Part shown: positions 30,531-41,664 of the stretch, piece by piece
How positions within the stretch are numbered: the stretch's first letter is position 1
Layout: each line of letters starts with the position of its first letter
Assembly: GCA_963749905.1 (NCBI GenBank)
Contig: CAVVOF010000006.1
Coordinates: 318,379 to 382,378 of the forward strand
Direction of reading: 5' to 3'
DNA length: 64,000 nucleotides
Source of the DNA: an uncultured Actinomycetota bacterium
GTDB lineage: Bacteria > Actinomycetota > Actinomycetes > S36-B12
Made by a program: the position numbers and the translations under genes
Notes under the pieces: model-generated
What the model saw: the letters and a program-made list of their open reading frames with translations, nothing else
What the model was told of the DNA's origin: nothing
The model's database searches: none

Positions 30531-30908
30531 TCACCCCAGCGGGTAGGGACCGAACCGACCCCACGCGATCAGCACGAGAAGGACGAAGAGCGCGGCGGTC
30601 ATCAGCATCGGGCCACGCTCACCGCGCCGCGCATGCGTGATGAACGCCCCGGCCATGTCGATGGCCAAGCCGGTGGCAGCCAGCGGGACGAGCACTACGG
30701 CGATGCCGGTGATGCCGGGTAGCACCAGGCCCAAGGCGCCGGCGATCTCCGCGACCCCGATTGCACGGATCAGCCCAGGAGCGAAGTCGGCGGCCCAGTT
30801 CTGACCCGAGGCGACCAACTGCTCGCGGGAGCGAGCCAGCTTCAGCACCCCCGTGATGAGGAAGGCGACCGCTAGGAAGCCCTGGGCGATCCACAGGAAG
30901 GTGTTCAT
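30531..30908 (-). CDS. DoxX family membrane protein
   Basis: LWIAQGFLA..F...G..KL, IG.AEIAGALGLVLP. Confidence 0.85.
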   Translation of the reverse strand: MNTFLWIAQGFLAVAFLITGVLKLARSREQLVASGQNWAADFAPGLIRAIGVAEIAGALGLVLPGITGIAVVLVPLAATGLAIDMAGAFITHARRGERGPMLMTAALFVLLVLIAWGRFGPYPLG

Positions 30909-30922
30909 GGCAGCGGCTCCGC

Positions 30923-32053
30923 TCAGCGCGTGTTGACGTCGACGAACGGCGGCTTGACGACCCGGAATCGTGAGGCCCGCCCCCGCACGTCGACCACGAC
31001 CTCGTCGCCGACGGCCACCGCAGAGTCCAGCAGCGCCAATCCGACGCCCTGCTTGAGCGTGGGCGAGAACGTCCCGCTGGTCACCTCGCCGATGACCTCA
31101 CCCGCCAGCGCGTCGTCGCCGTCGGCAGAGCGCCGCACGGCCATATGCGGCCGTGGAATCCCCCTGTCGAGGGCGAGCAGCCCGCGCAGTCGCCGGGCCG
31201 GACCCGCCGCCCGCTGGGCGGCCACCGCGTCGCGGCCCAGGAACTCGGGCTTGTCCCAGCCGACCGCCCAGCCGAGCATCGCCTCGACCGGCGTGATCGT
31301 CGGGCTGATGTCCTGGCCGTGCAGCGGGTAGCCCATCTCGGTGCGCAAGGTGTCCCGGGCGCCCAGGCCCGCCGGCATGCCGCCGCGCTCGCGGGCCGCC
31401 GCGACGACCGCATCCCACAGGTCACCGAGCACCTCCGCCGGCGCCACGAGCTCGAATCCCTGCTCGCCCGTGTATCCGGTGCGGCACACCACCACGGGAG
31501 CATCGGACCAGCGCGCCATCGCCATGGCCATGTAGTCGTGGTCCACCGGGAACCCGAGCGCCGCGACAGTGTCGGCGCTCGCGGGACCCTGAACCGCGAT
31601 GATCCCGTGGGTCAGGTGCTGGTCGTCGACCGTCAGGCCCTCCGGCGCGAGGCCGCGAAGCGTCGCGACCACCGTGGCGGCGTTCGCGGCGTTCGGGATG
31701 ATGAAGACCCCGTCATCGCCCCATCGGTAGACGATCAGGTCGTCCACCACACCGCCGGCGTCGTTGAGCAGCATGGAGTACTGGGCCTGGCCGTCCTCGA
31801 TGCGATCGAGATCGTTGGCGAGCACCGAGTTGACGAAGTCCTTGGCCCCCGGCCCGTGGATGGCGACCTTGCCCATGTGGGAGACGTCGAACACGCCGAC
31901 CGTCGACCGCACTGCGGTGTGCTCGGCCACGACACCGTCGTACTCGATGGGCATGTCCCAGCCGCCGAAGTCCGCGGTCTTGGCGCCCGCCGCGAGGTGG
32001 CGGGAGTGCAGGGGCGTCGTCTTCAGGCCGGTGGCCTCGGTTTCGCTGCTCAC
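30923..32053 (-). CDS. gcvT: glycine cleavage aminomethyltransferase
   Basis: FGGWDMP, FDVSHMG, RTGYTGE, GLGARDTLRTE, TSGTFSP. Confidence 0.95.
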   Translation of the reverse strand: MSSETEATGLKTTPLHSRHLAAGAKTADFGGWDMPIEYDGVVAEHTAVRSTVGVFDVSHMGKVAIHGPGAKDFVNSVLANDLDRIEDGQAQYSMLLNDAGGVVDDLIVYRWGDDGVFIIPNAANAATVVATLRGLAPEGLTVDDQHLTHGIIAVQGPASADTVAALGFPVDHDYMAMAMARWSDAPVVVCRTGYTGEQGFELVAPAEVLGDLWDAVVAAARERGGMPAGLGARDTLRTEMGYPLHGQDISPTITPVEAMLGWAVGWDKPEFLGRDAVAAQRAAGPARRLRGLLALDRGIPRPHMAVRRSADGDDALAGEVIGEVTSGTFSPTLKQGVGLALLDSAVAVGDEVVVDVRGRASRFRVVKPPFVDVNTR

Positions 32054-32111
32054 AGGCCGACCGTAGTGCGTCCGGGCCCCGCGGGTCCGGCGGTGGCAAT
32101 ACAGTGAAGTC

Positions 32112-33629
32112 ATGACGCTGACCCCCACCGCCCGCATCGTCCTGGCCGACTCGAAGCCGCACACCGCCGCCGCCGACGCACTGGTCATCGCCGTCGCGCC
32201 GGCCCGCGGCAAGAAGGTCGAGATCCTCTCCCCGGGGCTCTCCGCCGCGGTGCGCACTCGGCTGGCCGAGGCGCTGCAGGCCATGGGCGCGACCGGCAAG
32301 GCAGGTGAGGTCGTGCGCCTCCCCAGCGGGTCCGGGATCAGCGCCCCCGTGGTCGTCGGCCTCGGGCTCGGCGACGAGGCCGCGCGCGCCGACGCGGAGA
32401 CGGTCCGGCGGGCCGTCGGCGACGCGATCCGCGGCCTGGCGGGGACGCGGCGGGTGGCCATGGCGCTGCCCCTGACGGACGATGACGCGCTGCTGACCGT
32501 GGCGATCGCCGCCCAGCTCGCCGCCTACGACTTCGTCGCGTTCCGCAGCGCGTCCAAGAAGGGCCGCAAAGCACCCGTGCACTCGGTCACGCTCCTGCTG
32601 CCCGAAGCACCGACCGCCGAGCAGAAGCAGGCAGTCAAGGACGTCACCACCGTTGCCGCCGCCGTCAACCTCACGCGCGACCTCGTGAACACTCCCCCGA
32701 ACGCCCTTCCGCCGGCGGCGCTGGCGGATGCCGCCGTGGCCGCCGTCGAGGGCCTGCCCGTCGACGTCACCGTCTGGGACGAGACCGAGCTCGCGCGCGA
32801 GGGCTGCGGCGGCATCCTCGCCGTCGGCCAGGGCTCGGCCAACCCGCCGCGGCTGGCCCGGCTCTCCTACGCTCCCGAGGGCGCGACGACGCACCTCGCG
32901 CTGGTCGGCAAGGGCATCACGTTCGACACCGGCGGCATCTCCATCAAGCCCGCCGCCAACATGGACGAGATGAAGTCCGACATGGCCGGGGCGGCCGCCG
33001 TCATCGGCGCCGTCGCCGCGATCGCCCGCCTCGGGCTGCCCGTCCGGGTCACCGGCTGGGTGCCGACGGCCGAGAACATGCCCAGCGGCACGGCGCAGCG
33101 CCCCGGCGACGTCATCACGATGTACGGCGGGAGGACCGTCGAGGTGCTGAACACCGACGCCGAAGGCCGGCTGATCCTCGCCGACGCCATCGGGATGGCC
33201 GCCGAGGACAAGCCCGACCTGCTCATCGACGTCGCCACGCTCACCGGCGCGCAGGTCGTCGCACTGGGCACCCGCACGGCGGGCGTCATGGCGAACGACG
33301 ACGGCGCCCGCATGGCCGTGGTCGACGCGGCCGGCGCCGCGGGCGAGGCGATGTGGCCGATGCCGCTGCCCGACGACCTGCGGGCCGCACTCGACTCGAG
33401 CACTGCTGACATCGCCAACATCGGCGACCGGATGGGCGGCATGCTCTCCGCCGGCGTGTTCCTGCGGGAGTTCGTCCCGGCCGGGCAGAAGTGGGTCCAC
33501 GTCGACATAGCCGGGCCGTCGCACAACGCCAAGGGGGCCTACGGCTACACGCCTACGGGCGGAACCGGCTGCGCGGTGCGGACCTTCGTCCAGATCGCCG
33601 CCGAGATGGCCACGCCCGCGAGCGACTGA
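32112..33629 (+). CDS. pepA: leucyl aminopeptidase (M17)
   Basis: VGKGITFDTGG, MKSDMAG, NTDAEGRL, DVATLTGA. Confidence 0.95.
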   Translation: MTLTPTARIVLADSKPHTAAADALVIAVAPARGKKVEILSPGLSAAVRTRLAEALQAMGATGKAGEVVRLPSGSGISAPVVVGLGLGDEAARADAETVRRAVGDAIRGLAGTRRVAMALPLTDDDALLTVAIAAQLAAYDFVAFRSASKKGRKAPVHSVTLLLPEAPTAEQKQAVKDVTTVAAAVNLTRDLVNTPPNALPPAALADAAVAAVEGLPVDVTVWDETELAREGCGGILAVGQGSANPPRLARLSYAPEGATTHLALVGKGITFDTGGISIKPAANMDEMKSDMAGAAAVIGAVAAIARLGLPVRVTGWVPTAENMPSGTAQRPGDVITMYGGRTVEVLNTDAEGRLILADAIGMAAEDKPDLLIDVATLTGAQVVALGTRTAGVMANDDGARMAVVDAAGAAGEAMWPMPLPDDLRAALDSSTADIANIGDRMGGMLSAGVFLREFVPAGQKWVHVDIAGPSHNAKGAYGYTPTGGTGCAVRTFVQIAAEMATPASD

Positions 33630-33751
33630 CGCTTGCTCAAGGGGGCATTCGCCAGCGGGACGCGTCGATGGAAGGATGACACCCGACCGGCGACGCGCTC
33701 GCCGGGACACCGTCACGAAACGGCAGAGACGACCTCAAGGGAGTAGGCAAC

Positions 33752-35119
33752 GTGCCCAACGCAGACCTGGTGATCCTCGGCGGCGGCAGTGGCGGGTATG
33801 CCTGCGCGCTGCGCGCAGCGGAGCTCGGCAAGTCCGTCATCCTCATCGACAAGGACAAGCTCGGCGGCACCTGCCTGCACCGCGGCTGCATCCCGACGAA
33901 GGCCCTGCTCCACGCGGCCGAGGTCGCCGACGCCACCAAGGAGTCCGACGCGTTCGGTGTCCGCGCCACCTTCGAGGGCATCGACATGGTCAAGGTCAAC
34001 GAGTACCGCGACGGCGTCGTCGGCCGGCTCTACAAGGGCCTGCAGGGACTGGTCAAGAGCCGCAACGTGACCTTCGTCGAGGGTGCCGGCCGGCTGGTCG
34101 GCCCGAAGACCGTCGAGGTCAACGGCGAGCAGTACACCGGCGAGAACGTGGTGCTGGCGACCGGGTCGTACGCGCGATCGCTGCCGGGGCTGGAGATCGG
34201 CGGCCGGATCATGACGTCCGACCAGGCACTCAACCTCGACTACGTCCCCTCCAGCGTGATCGTGCTCGGCGGCGGCGTGATCGGCGTCGAGTTCGCGTCG
34301 GTCTGGAAGTCGTTCGGCGCCGACGTCACCATCGTCGAGGCCCTGCCGCACCTGGTGCCCAACGAGGACGAGGCGATCTCCAAGACCCTCGAGCGCGCGT
34401 TCCGCAAGCGCAAGATCGACTTCAGCCTGGGCGTCCGCTTCCAGTCCGCGACGCAGGACGACTCCAGCGTGACCATCACCCTCGAAGACGGCACCACCAA
34501 GACCGCCGACCTGCTGCTCGTCGCCGTCGGCCGCGGCCCGAACACGTCCGACATGGGCTACGAGGAGCAGGGCGTCGCCATGGAGCGCGGCTGGGTGCTG
34601 GTCGACGAGCGCCTGCGCACGAATCTGCCGGGCGTCTTCGCCGTCGGCGACATCACTCCCGGCCTGCAGCTCGCGCACCGCGGATTCCAGCACGGCATCT
34701 TCGTCGCGGAGGAGATCGGCGGCCTCAACCCCGCCGTCATCGCCGACGTCAACATCCCGCGCGTCACCTACTGCGAGCCCGAGGTCGGCAGCGTGGGGCT
34801 GACGGAGGCCGAGGCTCGCGAGCTGCACGGGAACAACGTGGCCGTGTACGAGTACAACCTCGGCGGCAACGGCAAGAGCCAGATCCTCGCCACGACGGGC
34901 TTCATCAAGCTCGTGCAGGTCGTCGACGGACCGATCATCGGGGTGCACATGGTCGGCTCCCGCATCGGCGAGCAGATCGGCGAGGCCCAGCTGATCGTCA
35001 ACTGGGAGGCCTACCCGGAGGACGTGGCGACCCTCATCCACGCGCACCCGACCCAGAACGAGGCCATGGGCGAGGCGCATCTCGCCCTCGCCGGCAAGCC
35101 CCTGCACGCCCACGCCTGA
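33752..35119 (+). CDS. lpdA: dihydrolipoyl dehydrogenase
   Basis: GGGSGGY, GGTCLHRGCIP, HAHPTQNE. Confidence 0.96.
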   Translation: MPNADLVILGGGSGGYACALRAAELGKSVILIDKDKLGGTCLHRGCIPTKALLHAAEVADATKESDAFGVRATFEGIDMVKVNEYRDGVVGRLYKGLQGLVKSRNVTFVEGAGRLVGPKTVEVNGEQYTGENVVLATGSYARSLPGLEIGGRIMTSDQALNLDYVPSSVIVLGGGVIGVEFASVWKSFGADVTIVEALPHLVPNEDEAISKTLERAFRKRKIDFSLGVRFQSATQDDSSVTITLEDGTTKTADLLLVAVGRGPNTSDMGYEEQGVAMERGWVLVDERLRTNLPGVFAVGDITPGLQLAHRGFQHGIFVAEEIGGLNPAVIADVNIPRVTYCEPEVGSVGLTEAEARELHGNNVAVYEYNLGGNGKSQILATTGFIKLVQVVDGPIIGVHMVGSRIGEQIGEAQLIVNWEAYPEDVATLIHAHPTQNEAMGEAHLALAGKPLHAHA

Positions 35120-35149
35120 CGTCCGCGAACCTCGAAGGAGCACTGCATC

Positions 35150-36898
35150 ATGTCGGTCACTGTCACGATGCCCGCGCTGGGTGAGAGCGTCACCGAAGGC
35201 ACCGTCACCCGCTGGCTGAAGCAGGTCGGCGACACCGTCGCCGCCGACGAGCCGCTGCTCGAGGTGTCCACCGACAAGGTCGACACCGAGATCCCCTCCC
35301 CGGCCTCCGGCGTGCTCCTGAGCATCGCGGTGGGCGAGGACGAGACTGTCGAGGTCGGCGCCGCGCTCGCGGAGATCGGGGAGGCCGCCGAGGCCTCCGC
35401 TCCGGCTCCGCGCTCGGCGCCCGAGCCCGTTGCTGCTCCGGCGCCCGAGCCGGTGGCCGCCCTGCCCGCCGCCCCGAGCCCGTTGCTGCTCCGGCGCCCG
35501 AGCCGGTGGCCGCTCCTGCTCCCGCCGCTCCCAGCGGCCCCGCGACGCCGGTGCTCATGCCGGCGCTGGGCGAGAGTGTCACCGAAGGCACCGTCACCCG
35601 CTGGCTGAAGCAGGTCGGCGACACCGTCGCCGCCGACGAGCCGCTGCTCGAGGTGTCCACCGACAAGGTCGACACCGAGATCCCCTCCCCCGCCTCCGGC
35701 GTGCTCCTGAGCATCGACGTGGGCGAGGACCAGACCGTCGAGGTGGGCGCCCAGCTGGCCACCATCGGTGCCGCCGGCGCCGCACCCGCAGCTGCCCCCG
35801 CGCCTGCACCGTCCGCCCCGGAGCCGGCCGCTGCGCCGCTGCCGACCGCCGCCCCCGCGGCTCCCCCGGCACCCGCTGCGCCTGCCCCCGCGGCTCCCGC
35901 GCCCTGCCGCAGCGGCACCCGCGTCCGCACCCGAGCCCGCCGGCAACGCCGACGCCTACGTCACTCCCCTGGTGCGTCGGCTGGCCGTGCAGCACGGCGT
36001 GGACCTGTCGACCATCGCCGGCACCGGTGTGGGCGGCCGGATCCGCAAGTCCGACGTTCTCGACGCCGCCCTGAAGGCCAAGGAATCCGCCGCTCCCGCC
36101 CCCGCGGCGGCTCCGGCCGCCACCCCCGCGGCCACCACGCCGGCGGCTTCCGCGCCGACCGCTCCGTCGTCACCCTTGCGTGGGCGCACCGAGAAGCTCA
36201 GCAGGCTGCGCAAGGTCATCGCCGAGCGGATGGTCGAGTCCTTGCACGTGTCCGCCCAGCTGACGACCGTCGTCGAGGTCGACGTGACCCGCATCGCGCA
36301 GCTGCGCAGCCGGGTCAAGGGCGACTTCGAGGCGCGGGAGGGCGTCAAGCTGTCCTTCCTGCCGTTCTTCTGCAAGGCAGCGGTCGAGTCCCTGAAGCAG
36401 TTCCCCCAGGTCAACGCGTCGGTCGACATGGACGCGGGCACGGTCACCTACTTCGACTCCGAGCACCTCGGTGTCGCCGTCGACAGCGAGCGCGGCCTGC
36501 TCGTGCCGGTCATCCGCGACGCCGGTGACCTCAACATCGCCGGACTGGCTCGGCGCATCGCCGACCTGGCGGACCGCACCCGCACGAACAAGCTGTCGCC
36601 GGACGAGCTCAGCGGTGGCACCTTCACCGTCACCAACACCGGCAGCCGCGGCGCCCTGTTCGACACGCCCATCATCAACCAGCCGCAGGTCGCCATCCTG
36701 GGCACGGGGGCCGTCGTCAAGCGTCCCGTCGTCGTGCCCGACGCGACCGGATCCGACGTCATCGCCATCCGGTCGATGGTGTACCTGGCGCTGACCTACG
36801 ACCATCGTCTGGTCGACGGTGCCGATGCCGCGCGCTTCCTCGGGGCCATCAAGGCCCGGCTCGAAGAGGCGGCGTTCGAGGCCGAGCTCGGTCTCTAG
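35150..36898 (+). CDS. dlaT: dihydrolipoamide acyltransferase E2 with two lipoyl domains (frameshifts near 35461 and 35905)
   Basis: Two STDKVD lipoyl domains, TPLVRRLA subunit-binding domain, YDHRLVDG. Confidence 0.93.
35178..35716 (+). repeat. near-identical direct repeat encoding the two lipoyl domains (approx. 35178-35327 and 35567-35716)
   Basis: gtcaccgaaggcaccgtcacccgctggctgaagcaggtcggcgac...ggcgtgctcctgagcatcg occurs twice. Confidence 0.85.
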
Positions 36899-36906
36899 CC
36901 GAAGAA

Positions 36907-36976
36907 CCTTCGCGAGTGTGCGCTGGTCGTCGCTTCGGGGTACTCCAAAGCGACGACCAGCGCACACTCGCGAAGG
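36907..36976. repeat. 70-bp near-perfect palindrome (29-bp perfect arms)
   Basis: ccttcgcgagtgtgcgctggtcgtcgctt-cggggtactcca-aagcgacgaccagcgcacactcgcgaagg. Confidence 0.92.
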
Positions 36977-37036
36977 AAGTGGGGCCGGGCGGGGGGTCGA
37001 GGTGCGCGCGGACGTCGTAGGCGGGAGGCTGGGGCC

Positions 37037-37999
37037 ATGAGAATCGCCGTCACCGGAGCATCGGGCCTGATCGGCCGCGCCCTCGTCCCGCAGTTGCGCA
37101 CCGCCGGCCACGAGGTCGTCCGGCTGGTCCGTCGTCCGACATCCGCCGCGGACGAGATCACCTGGGATCCGCGGGCGGGCACCGTCGACCTCGAGCGGCT
37201 GGCCGGCACGGATGCCGTCATCCACCTCGCCGGCGCCGGGGTCGGCGACCACCGCTGGACCGACGCCTACAAGCGGGAGATCCTCGACAGCAGAGTCGAC
37301 GGCACGCACACCATCGTCCGGGCGATCACCGCTCTGGACCCGATGCCCCAGGTCCTCGTGTCCGGCTCGGCGATCGGCTTCTACGGGGAGACCGGCGACC
37401 GCGAGGTCGACGAGACCTCCCCGGCCGGGACGGGCTTCCTCGCCGACGTGGTCCGCGCATGGGAGGCCGCCTCCCAGCCCGCCGCAGCCGCCGGGATCCG
37501 GGTCGTCAACCCGCGGACCGGACTCGTGGTGGCCGCCCCCGCTGGCACGATCGGGCCGTTGTTCTCGGTGCTCAAGCTCGGCGCCGGCATGCACACGTCC
37601 GGCATCGGCGGCGCGTTCGGGCCGCTGATCCCCGGCGTGCGCCTGAACCTGGCCGGACGGCTGGGATCCGGGCGCCAGTACTGGTCGTGGATCTCACTGC
37701 GCGACGAGGTGGCCGCCCTGCGCTTCGTGATGGAGAACGACGGCATCCACGGTCCGGTGAACCTCACCGGGCCGACGCCGGTGACGAATGCCGAGGTCAC
37801 CGACGCGCTGGCCGAGGCCATCGGCCGACGATGGCTGCCACCGATCCCGGACTTCGCCATCAAGACGCTGCTCGGCGAGTTCTCCGCGGAGGTGCTCGGC
37901 AGCGCGCGGGTGCTGCCGACGGTCCTCGAGGAGGCCGGCTTCACCTACCAGGACACCACCATCGAGTCGGCGATCCGCACCGCGCTGGCAGGCTCCTAG
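37037..37999 (+). CDS. TIGR01777-family NAD-dependent epimerase/oxidoreductase
   Basis: VTGASGLIG, HLAG, SRVDGT, GSAIGFYG, GSGRQYWSWI. Confidence 0.9.
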   Translation: MRIAVTGASGLIGRALVPQLRTAGHEVVRLVRRPTSAADEITWDPRAGTVDLERLAGTDAVIHLAGAGVGDHRWTDAYKREILDSRVDGTHTIVRAITALDPMPQVLVSGSAIGFYGETGDREVDETSPAGTGFLADVVRAWEAASQPAAAAGIRVVNPRTGLVVAAPAGTIGPLFSVLKLGAGMHTSGIGGAFGPLIPGVRLNLAGRLGSGRQYWSWISLRDEVAALRFVMENDGIHGPVNLTGPTPVTNAEVTDALAEAIGRRWLPPIPDFAIKTLLGEFSAEVLGSARVLPTVLEEAGFTYQDTTIESAIRTALAGS

Positions 38000-38001
38000 C
38001 C

Positions 38002-39264
38002 GTGCAGGAGCATGACGTCGTCATCGTCGGGGCCGGACTCGCCGGCCTCGCCGCGGCCCGGCAGCTGTCGATCCACGGCGTCGATGTCGTCGTCCTCGAG
38101 TCCTCTGACGACGTCGGCGGGCGGGTCCGCACGGACGTCGTCGACGGCCTGTTCCTCGACCGCGGCTTCCAGGTCTTCAACCCGGCCTACCCCGAGGCGG
38201 CCCGGGTGCTCGACTACGACGCCCTCGAACTGCGTGGCTTCACCCCGGGCGTCATCGCCCTGACCGACCACGGGCCCACTCGGCTCGGCGATCCCCGCGC
38301 GCTGCCGAAGTGGGCAACCGACGCCCTCTCCCGCCGCTCAGGCCGGCTGGGCGGCAAGCTCCGGTTCGCCTCGTACGCCCTTCGCAACGCCCGCCAGTCC
38401 CGTCATCAGCGCGAGGCGCAGATGGACATGCCCGCCGACGTGGCCCTGCTGTCCGCGGGCGTGGGCGCCGACCTGCTCGAGACGGTCCTGCGTCCGTTCC
38501 TCAGCGGCGTCTTCCTCGAGGATCGGCTCGAGACGTCCCGACGGTTCCTCGACCTCGTCCTCCTCAGCTTCCTCAAGGGCCGGCCATCGGTGCCGGCGCA
38601 GGGCATGCAGGCCATCCCGCGCCAGCTGCACGACGCGCTGCCGGAGGGCACCGTGCGCCTCGGCGTCGAGGTGCACCAGGTGGACGACGGAGTCCTGCAC
38701 ACGTCCGACGGCAGCGTGCGCGCCCGCACGGTCATCGTCGCCACCGACCCCCGCACGGCCGCCGGGCTGCTGCCCAGCCTGCACGTCCCAGGCGGGCGCG
38801 ATGTCACCACCTGGTACTACGTCGCCGACACTCGGCCGGAGCTGCTCACCGGCGGCGAACCCGTCGTCGTGGTCGACGGCCGCCACGCTCGCGGGCCGCT
38901 CGTCAACACCGTGGTCCTGACGCACGCCGCCCCCACGTACGCGTCGGACGGCCGGGTGCTGGTCAGCGCGTCCGCCCTCGGCCTGCACGACGACGCGGCG
39001 ATGGAGGCCATCGTGCGCGGGCACCTCGCGCAGCTCTACGGGGTCGGCACCCGATCGTGGGCGCACGTCGCCACCTACCCCGTGCCCTACGCCCTGCCCG
39101 CGATGCTGCCGCCGTTCGACGTGCGTCGACCCGTCGCCCTCGGCGAGTGGCTGTTCGTCGCGGGCGATCACCGCGACACCGGGTCCATCCAGGGTGCGAT
39201 GGTCAGCGGCCGACGTGCGGCCGATGGCGCACTGCTGCAGCTTGGGCTGCAGCCGGTCTCCTGA
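38002..39264 (+). CDS. FAD-dependent oxidoreductase (amine oxidase family)
   Basis: VGAGLAG, GGRVRT, LDRGFQV, AGDH...SIQGAMVSG. Confidence 0.88.
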   Translation: MQEHDVVIVGAGLAGLAAARQLSIHGVDVVVLESSDDVGGRVRTDVVDGLFLDRGFQVFNPAYPEAARVLDYDALELRGFTPGVIALTDHGPTRLGDPRALPKWATDALSRRSGRLGGKLRFASYALRNARQSRHQREAQMDMPADVALLSAGVGADLLETVLRPFLSGVFLEDRLETSRRFLDLVLLSFLKGRPSVPAQGMQAIPRQLHDALPEGTVRLGVEVHQVDDGVLHTSDGSVRARTVIVATDPRTAAGLLPSLHVPGGRDVTTWYYVADTRPELLTGGEPVVVVDGRHARGPLVNTVVLTHAAPTYASDGRVLVSASALGLHDDAAMEAIVRGHLAQLYGVGTRSWAHVATYPVPYALPAMLPPFDVRRPVALGEWLFVAGDHRDTGSIQGAMVSGRRAADGALLQLGLQPVS

Positions 39265-39279
39265 CGTAGGGTGCTGACC

Positions 39280-39936
39280 ATGACTGCGCCCACCACTCCC
39301 CGGATCCGGGTGGAGCACGTGGGCTTCGGCGACGCCGCCGTCGACTACCACGACGGGTGGGAGCTCCAGCGCCGCGTCCACGCCGAGGTCGTCTCCGGCA
39401 CCGCCCCCGACACGGTGCTGCTGCTCGAGCACACGCCCGTGTACACCGCCGGCCGCCGCACCGAGCCCTTCGAGCGCCCGCTCGACGGAACGCCGGTCGT
39501 CGACGTGGACCGGGGCGGCAAGATCACCTGGCACGGCCCCGGCCAGCTCGTCGGATACCCGATCGTGCGCCTGCCGTCCCCGATGGCGGTCGTCGACCAC
39601 GTCCGGCGCATCGAGTCGATGCTGATGGACGTGTGCGCCGAGCTCGGCGTCGAGACGATGCGGGTCACCGGTCGCAGCGGCGTGTGGCTGGCCGCTGACG
39701 CGCGCGGCCCCGAGCGCAAGATCGCCGCGATCGGGATCCGGGTCACCGAGGGCGTCACCATGCACGGCTTCGCCCTGAACTGCGACAACGACCTGGCGTG
39801 GTTCGACCGCATCGTCCCGTGCGGCATCACCGATGCCTCCGTGACCACCCTGTCGAAGGAGCTCGGCCGCGACGTCGCCGTGGCCGAGGCGCTGCCCGTC
39901 GTCGAGCGGCATCTGGAAAGGATCGTGTCGTGGTAG
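39280..39936 (+). CDS. lipB: octanoyltransferase
   Basis: [34 protein letters not shown]. Confidence 0.95.
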   Translation: MTAPTTPRIRVEHVGFGDAAVDYHDGWELQRRVHAEVVSGTAPDTVLLLEHTPVYTAGRRTEPFERPLDGTPVVDVDRGGKITWHGPGQLVGYPIVRLPSPMAVVDHVRRIESMLMDVCAELGVETMRVTGRSGVWLAADARGPERKIAAIGIRVTEGVTMHGFALNCDNDLAWFDRIVPCGITDASVTTLSKELGRDVAVAEALPVVERHLERIVSW

Positions 39937-40922
39937 ATCCGGTCGTCTCAACGGATGCCTCGGGCCGGCGTCTGCTGCGCATCGAGGCCCGCAACGCCGA
40001 GGTCCCCATCGAGCGCAAGCCCGACTGGATCCGCACGCGCATGAAGACCGGGCCGGAGTTCAGCAAGATCCACGCCATGGTCAAGGCCGAGGGCCTGCAC
40101 ACCGTGTGCCAGGAGGCCGGCTGCCCGAACATCTACGAGTGCTGGGAGGACCGCGAGGCCACCTTCCTCATCGGGGGCGAGCAGTGCACCCGCCGCTGCG
40201 ACTTCTGCCAGATCGACACCGGCAAGCCCTCCCCGCTGGATCGGGACGAGCCCCGACGTGTCGCCGAGTCCGTGCGCACCATGGGCCTGCGGTACGCGAC
40301 CGTCACCGGAGTCGCGCGCGACGACCTGCCCGACGAGGGCGCGTGGCTCTACGCGCAGACCGTCCGCGAGATCCACGACCTCAACCCCGGTACCGGCGTC
40401 GAGGTGCTCATCCCCGACTTCTCCGGCAACCCGACGCTGCTGGGCGAGGTGTTCGCTGCCGCACCCGAGGTGCTCGCGCACAACGTCGAGACCGTCCCGC
40501 GGATCTTCAAGCGGATTCGCCCCGCCTTCACCTACGAGCGCAGCCTCGACGTCCTCACGCAGGCGCGCGCCGCCGGGCTGGTGACCAAGAGCAACCTGAT
40601 CCTGGGCATGGGCGAGGAGATCGACGAGGTCCACCAGGCGCTGCACGACCTGCACGACGCGGGGTGCGACCTGGTGACCATCACGCAGTACCTGCGCCCG
40701 ACCCCGCGGCACCACCCCGTCACCCGGTGGGTGCGCCCCGAGGAGTTCGTCGCACTGGCCGACTACGCGACGGAGGTCGGCTTCGCGGGCGTCATGAGCG
40801 GACCCCTCGTCCGCTCCAGCTACCGCGCCGGGCGCCTCTACCAGCAGGCGCTCGCTGCCCGTGGCGAGGAGCGTGGGGCCAGCATCACGGTCCTGGCCGG
40901 CCCCGCGGCCGAGTCCGTCTAG
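39930..40922 (+). CDS. lipA: lipoyl synthase
   Basis: [25 protein letters not shown]. Confidence 0.96.
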   Translation: MVDPVVSTDASGRRLLRIEARNAEVPIERKPDWIRTRMKTGPEFSKIHAMVKAEGLHTVCQEAGCPNIYECWEDREATFLIGGEQCTRRCDFCQIDTGKPSPLDRDEPRRVAESVRTMGLRYATVTGVARDDLPDEGAWLYAQTVREIHDLNPGTGVEVLIPDFSGNPTLLGEVFAAAPEVLAHNVETVPRIFKRIRPAFTYERSLDVLTQARAAGLVTKSNLILGMGEEIDEVHQALHDLHDAGCDLVTITQYLRPTPRHHPVTRWVRPEEFVALADYATEVGFAGVMSGPLVRSSYRAGRLYQQALAARGEERGASITVLAGPAAESV

Positions 40923-40969
40923 CGGCCGCGGTCGGGCTGGGCGGCCGAGGACCAACTAGGCTGGCCGCC

Positions 40970-41644
40970 ATGTTCGGAAAGATCCGCGGCACGCTCTCGT
41001 CCCTCGCCCAGAACTGGCGGATGACACAGCAGGTGTATCGCCTGCTTCCGCTCGAGGTCGGCGGGCTGTTCCTGCTCACCTTCCTGGTGGTGCTGATCCC
41101 CGTCGGGCTGTGGCTCAACTGGCCGACCGCGGTCATCCTGGCCTTCCCCCTGGCCCTCCTGGTGGGCACCTACTGGTTCAGCAGGCGCGCGATGCGGGCG
41201 GCGTACTCGCAGATCGACGGCCAGCCGGGCGCCGCTGCCGCCGTCATCCAGTCGCTCCGTGGCGGGAACTGGCTGGTGACCCCCGCGGTGGCCGCCAGCC
41301 GCAACCAGGACCTCGTGCACCGGGTCGTCGGCAAGCCGGGCGTCGTGCTGATGTCCGAGGGACCGGCCAACCGCGTCGTGCCGATGCTGGCCAACGAGCG
41401 GAAGAAGACCGCCCGATGGCTGCCGGAGATCCCCATCTACGAGATCCAGGTCGGCAACGACGAGGGCCAGGTGCCGCTCATCAAGCTGCAGAAGGCGCTG
41501 ACCTCGCTGCCCAAGAACCTCCGCGGCGGGGAGATCACCGAGATGCGCCGCAAGCTCGACGCACTCGGCAATGCCGCGTCGTCGATGCCGATCCCCAAGG
41601 GACCGGTGCCGACCAGCACCCGGCAGGTACGCCGCCAGCGCTAG
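40970..41644 (+). CDS. DUF4191-like membrane protein
   Basis: Two TM helices, GQPGAA, VHRVVG.PGVVL..EG, PIPKGP; position between lipA and RDD-glnA. Confidence 0.85.
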   Translation: MFGKIRGTLSSLAQNWRMTQQVYRLLPLEVGGLFLLTFLVVLIPVGLWLNWPTAVILAFPLALLVGTYWFSRRAMRAAYSQIDGQPGAAAAVIQSLRGGNWLVTPAVAASRNQDLVHRVVGKPGVVLMSEGPANRVVPMLANERKKTARWLPEIPIYEIQVGNDEGQVPLIKLQKALTSLPKNLRGGEITEMRRKLDALGNAASSMPIPKGPVPTSTRQVRRQR

Positions 41645-41664
41645 CCCTAGGACACACTGCCCCC

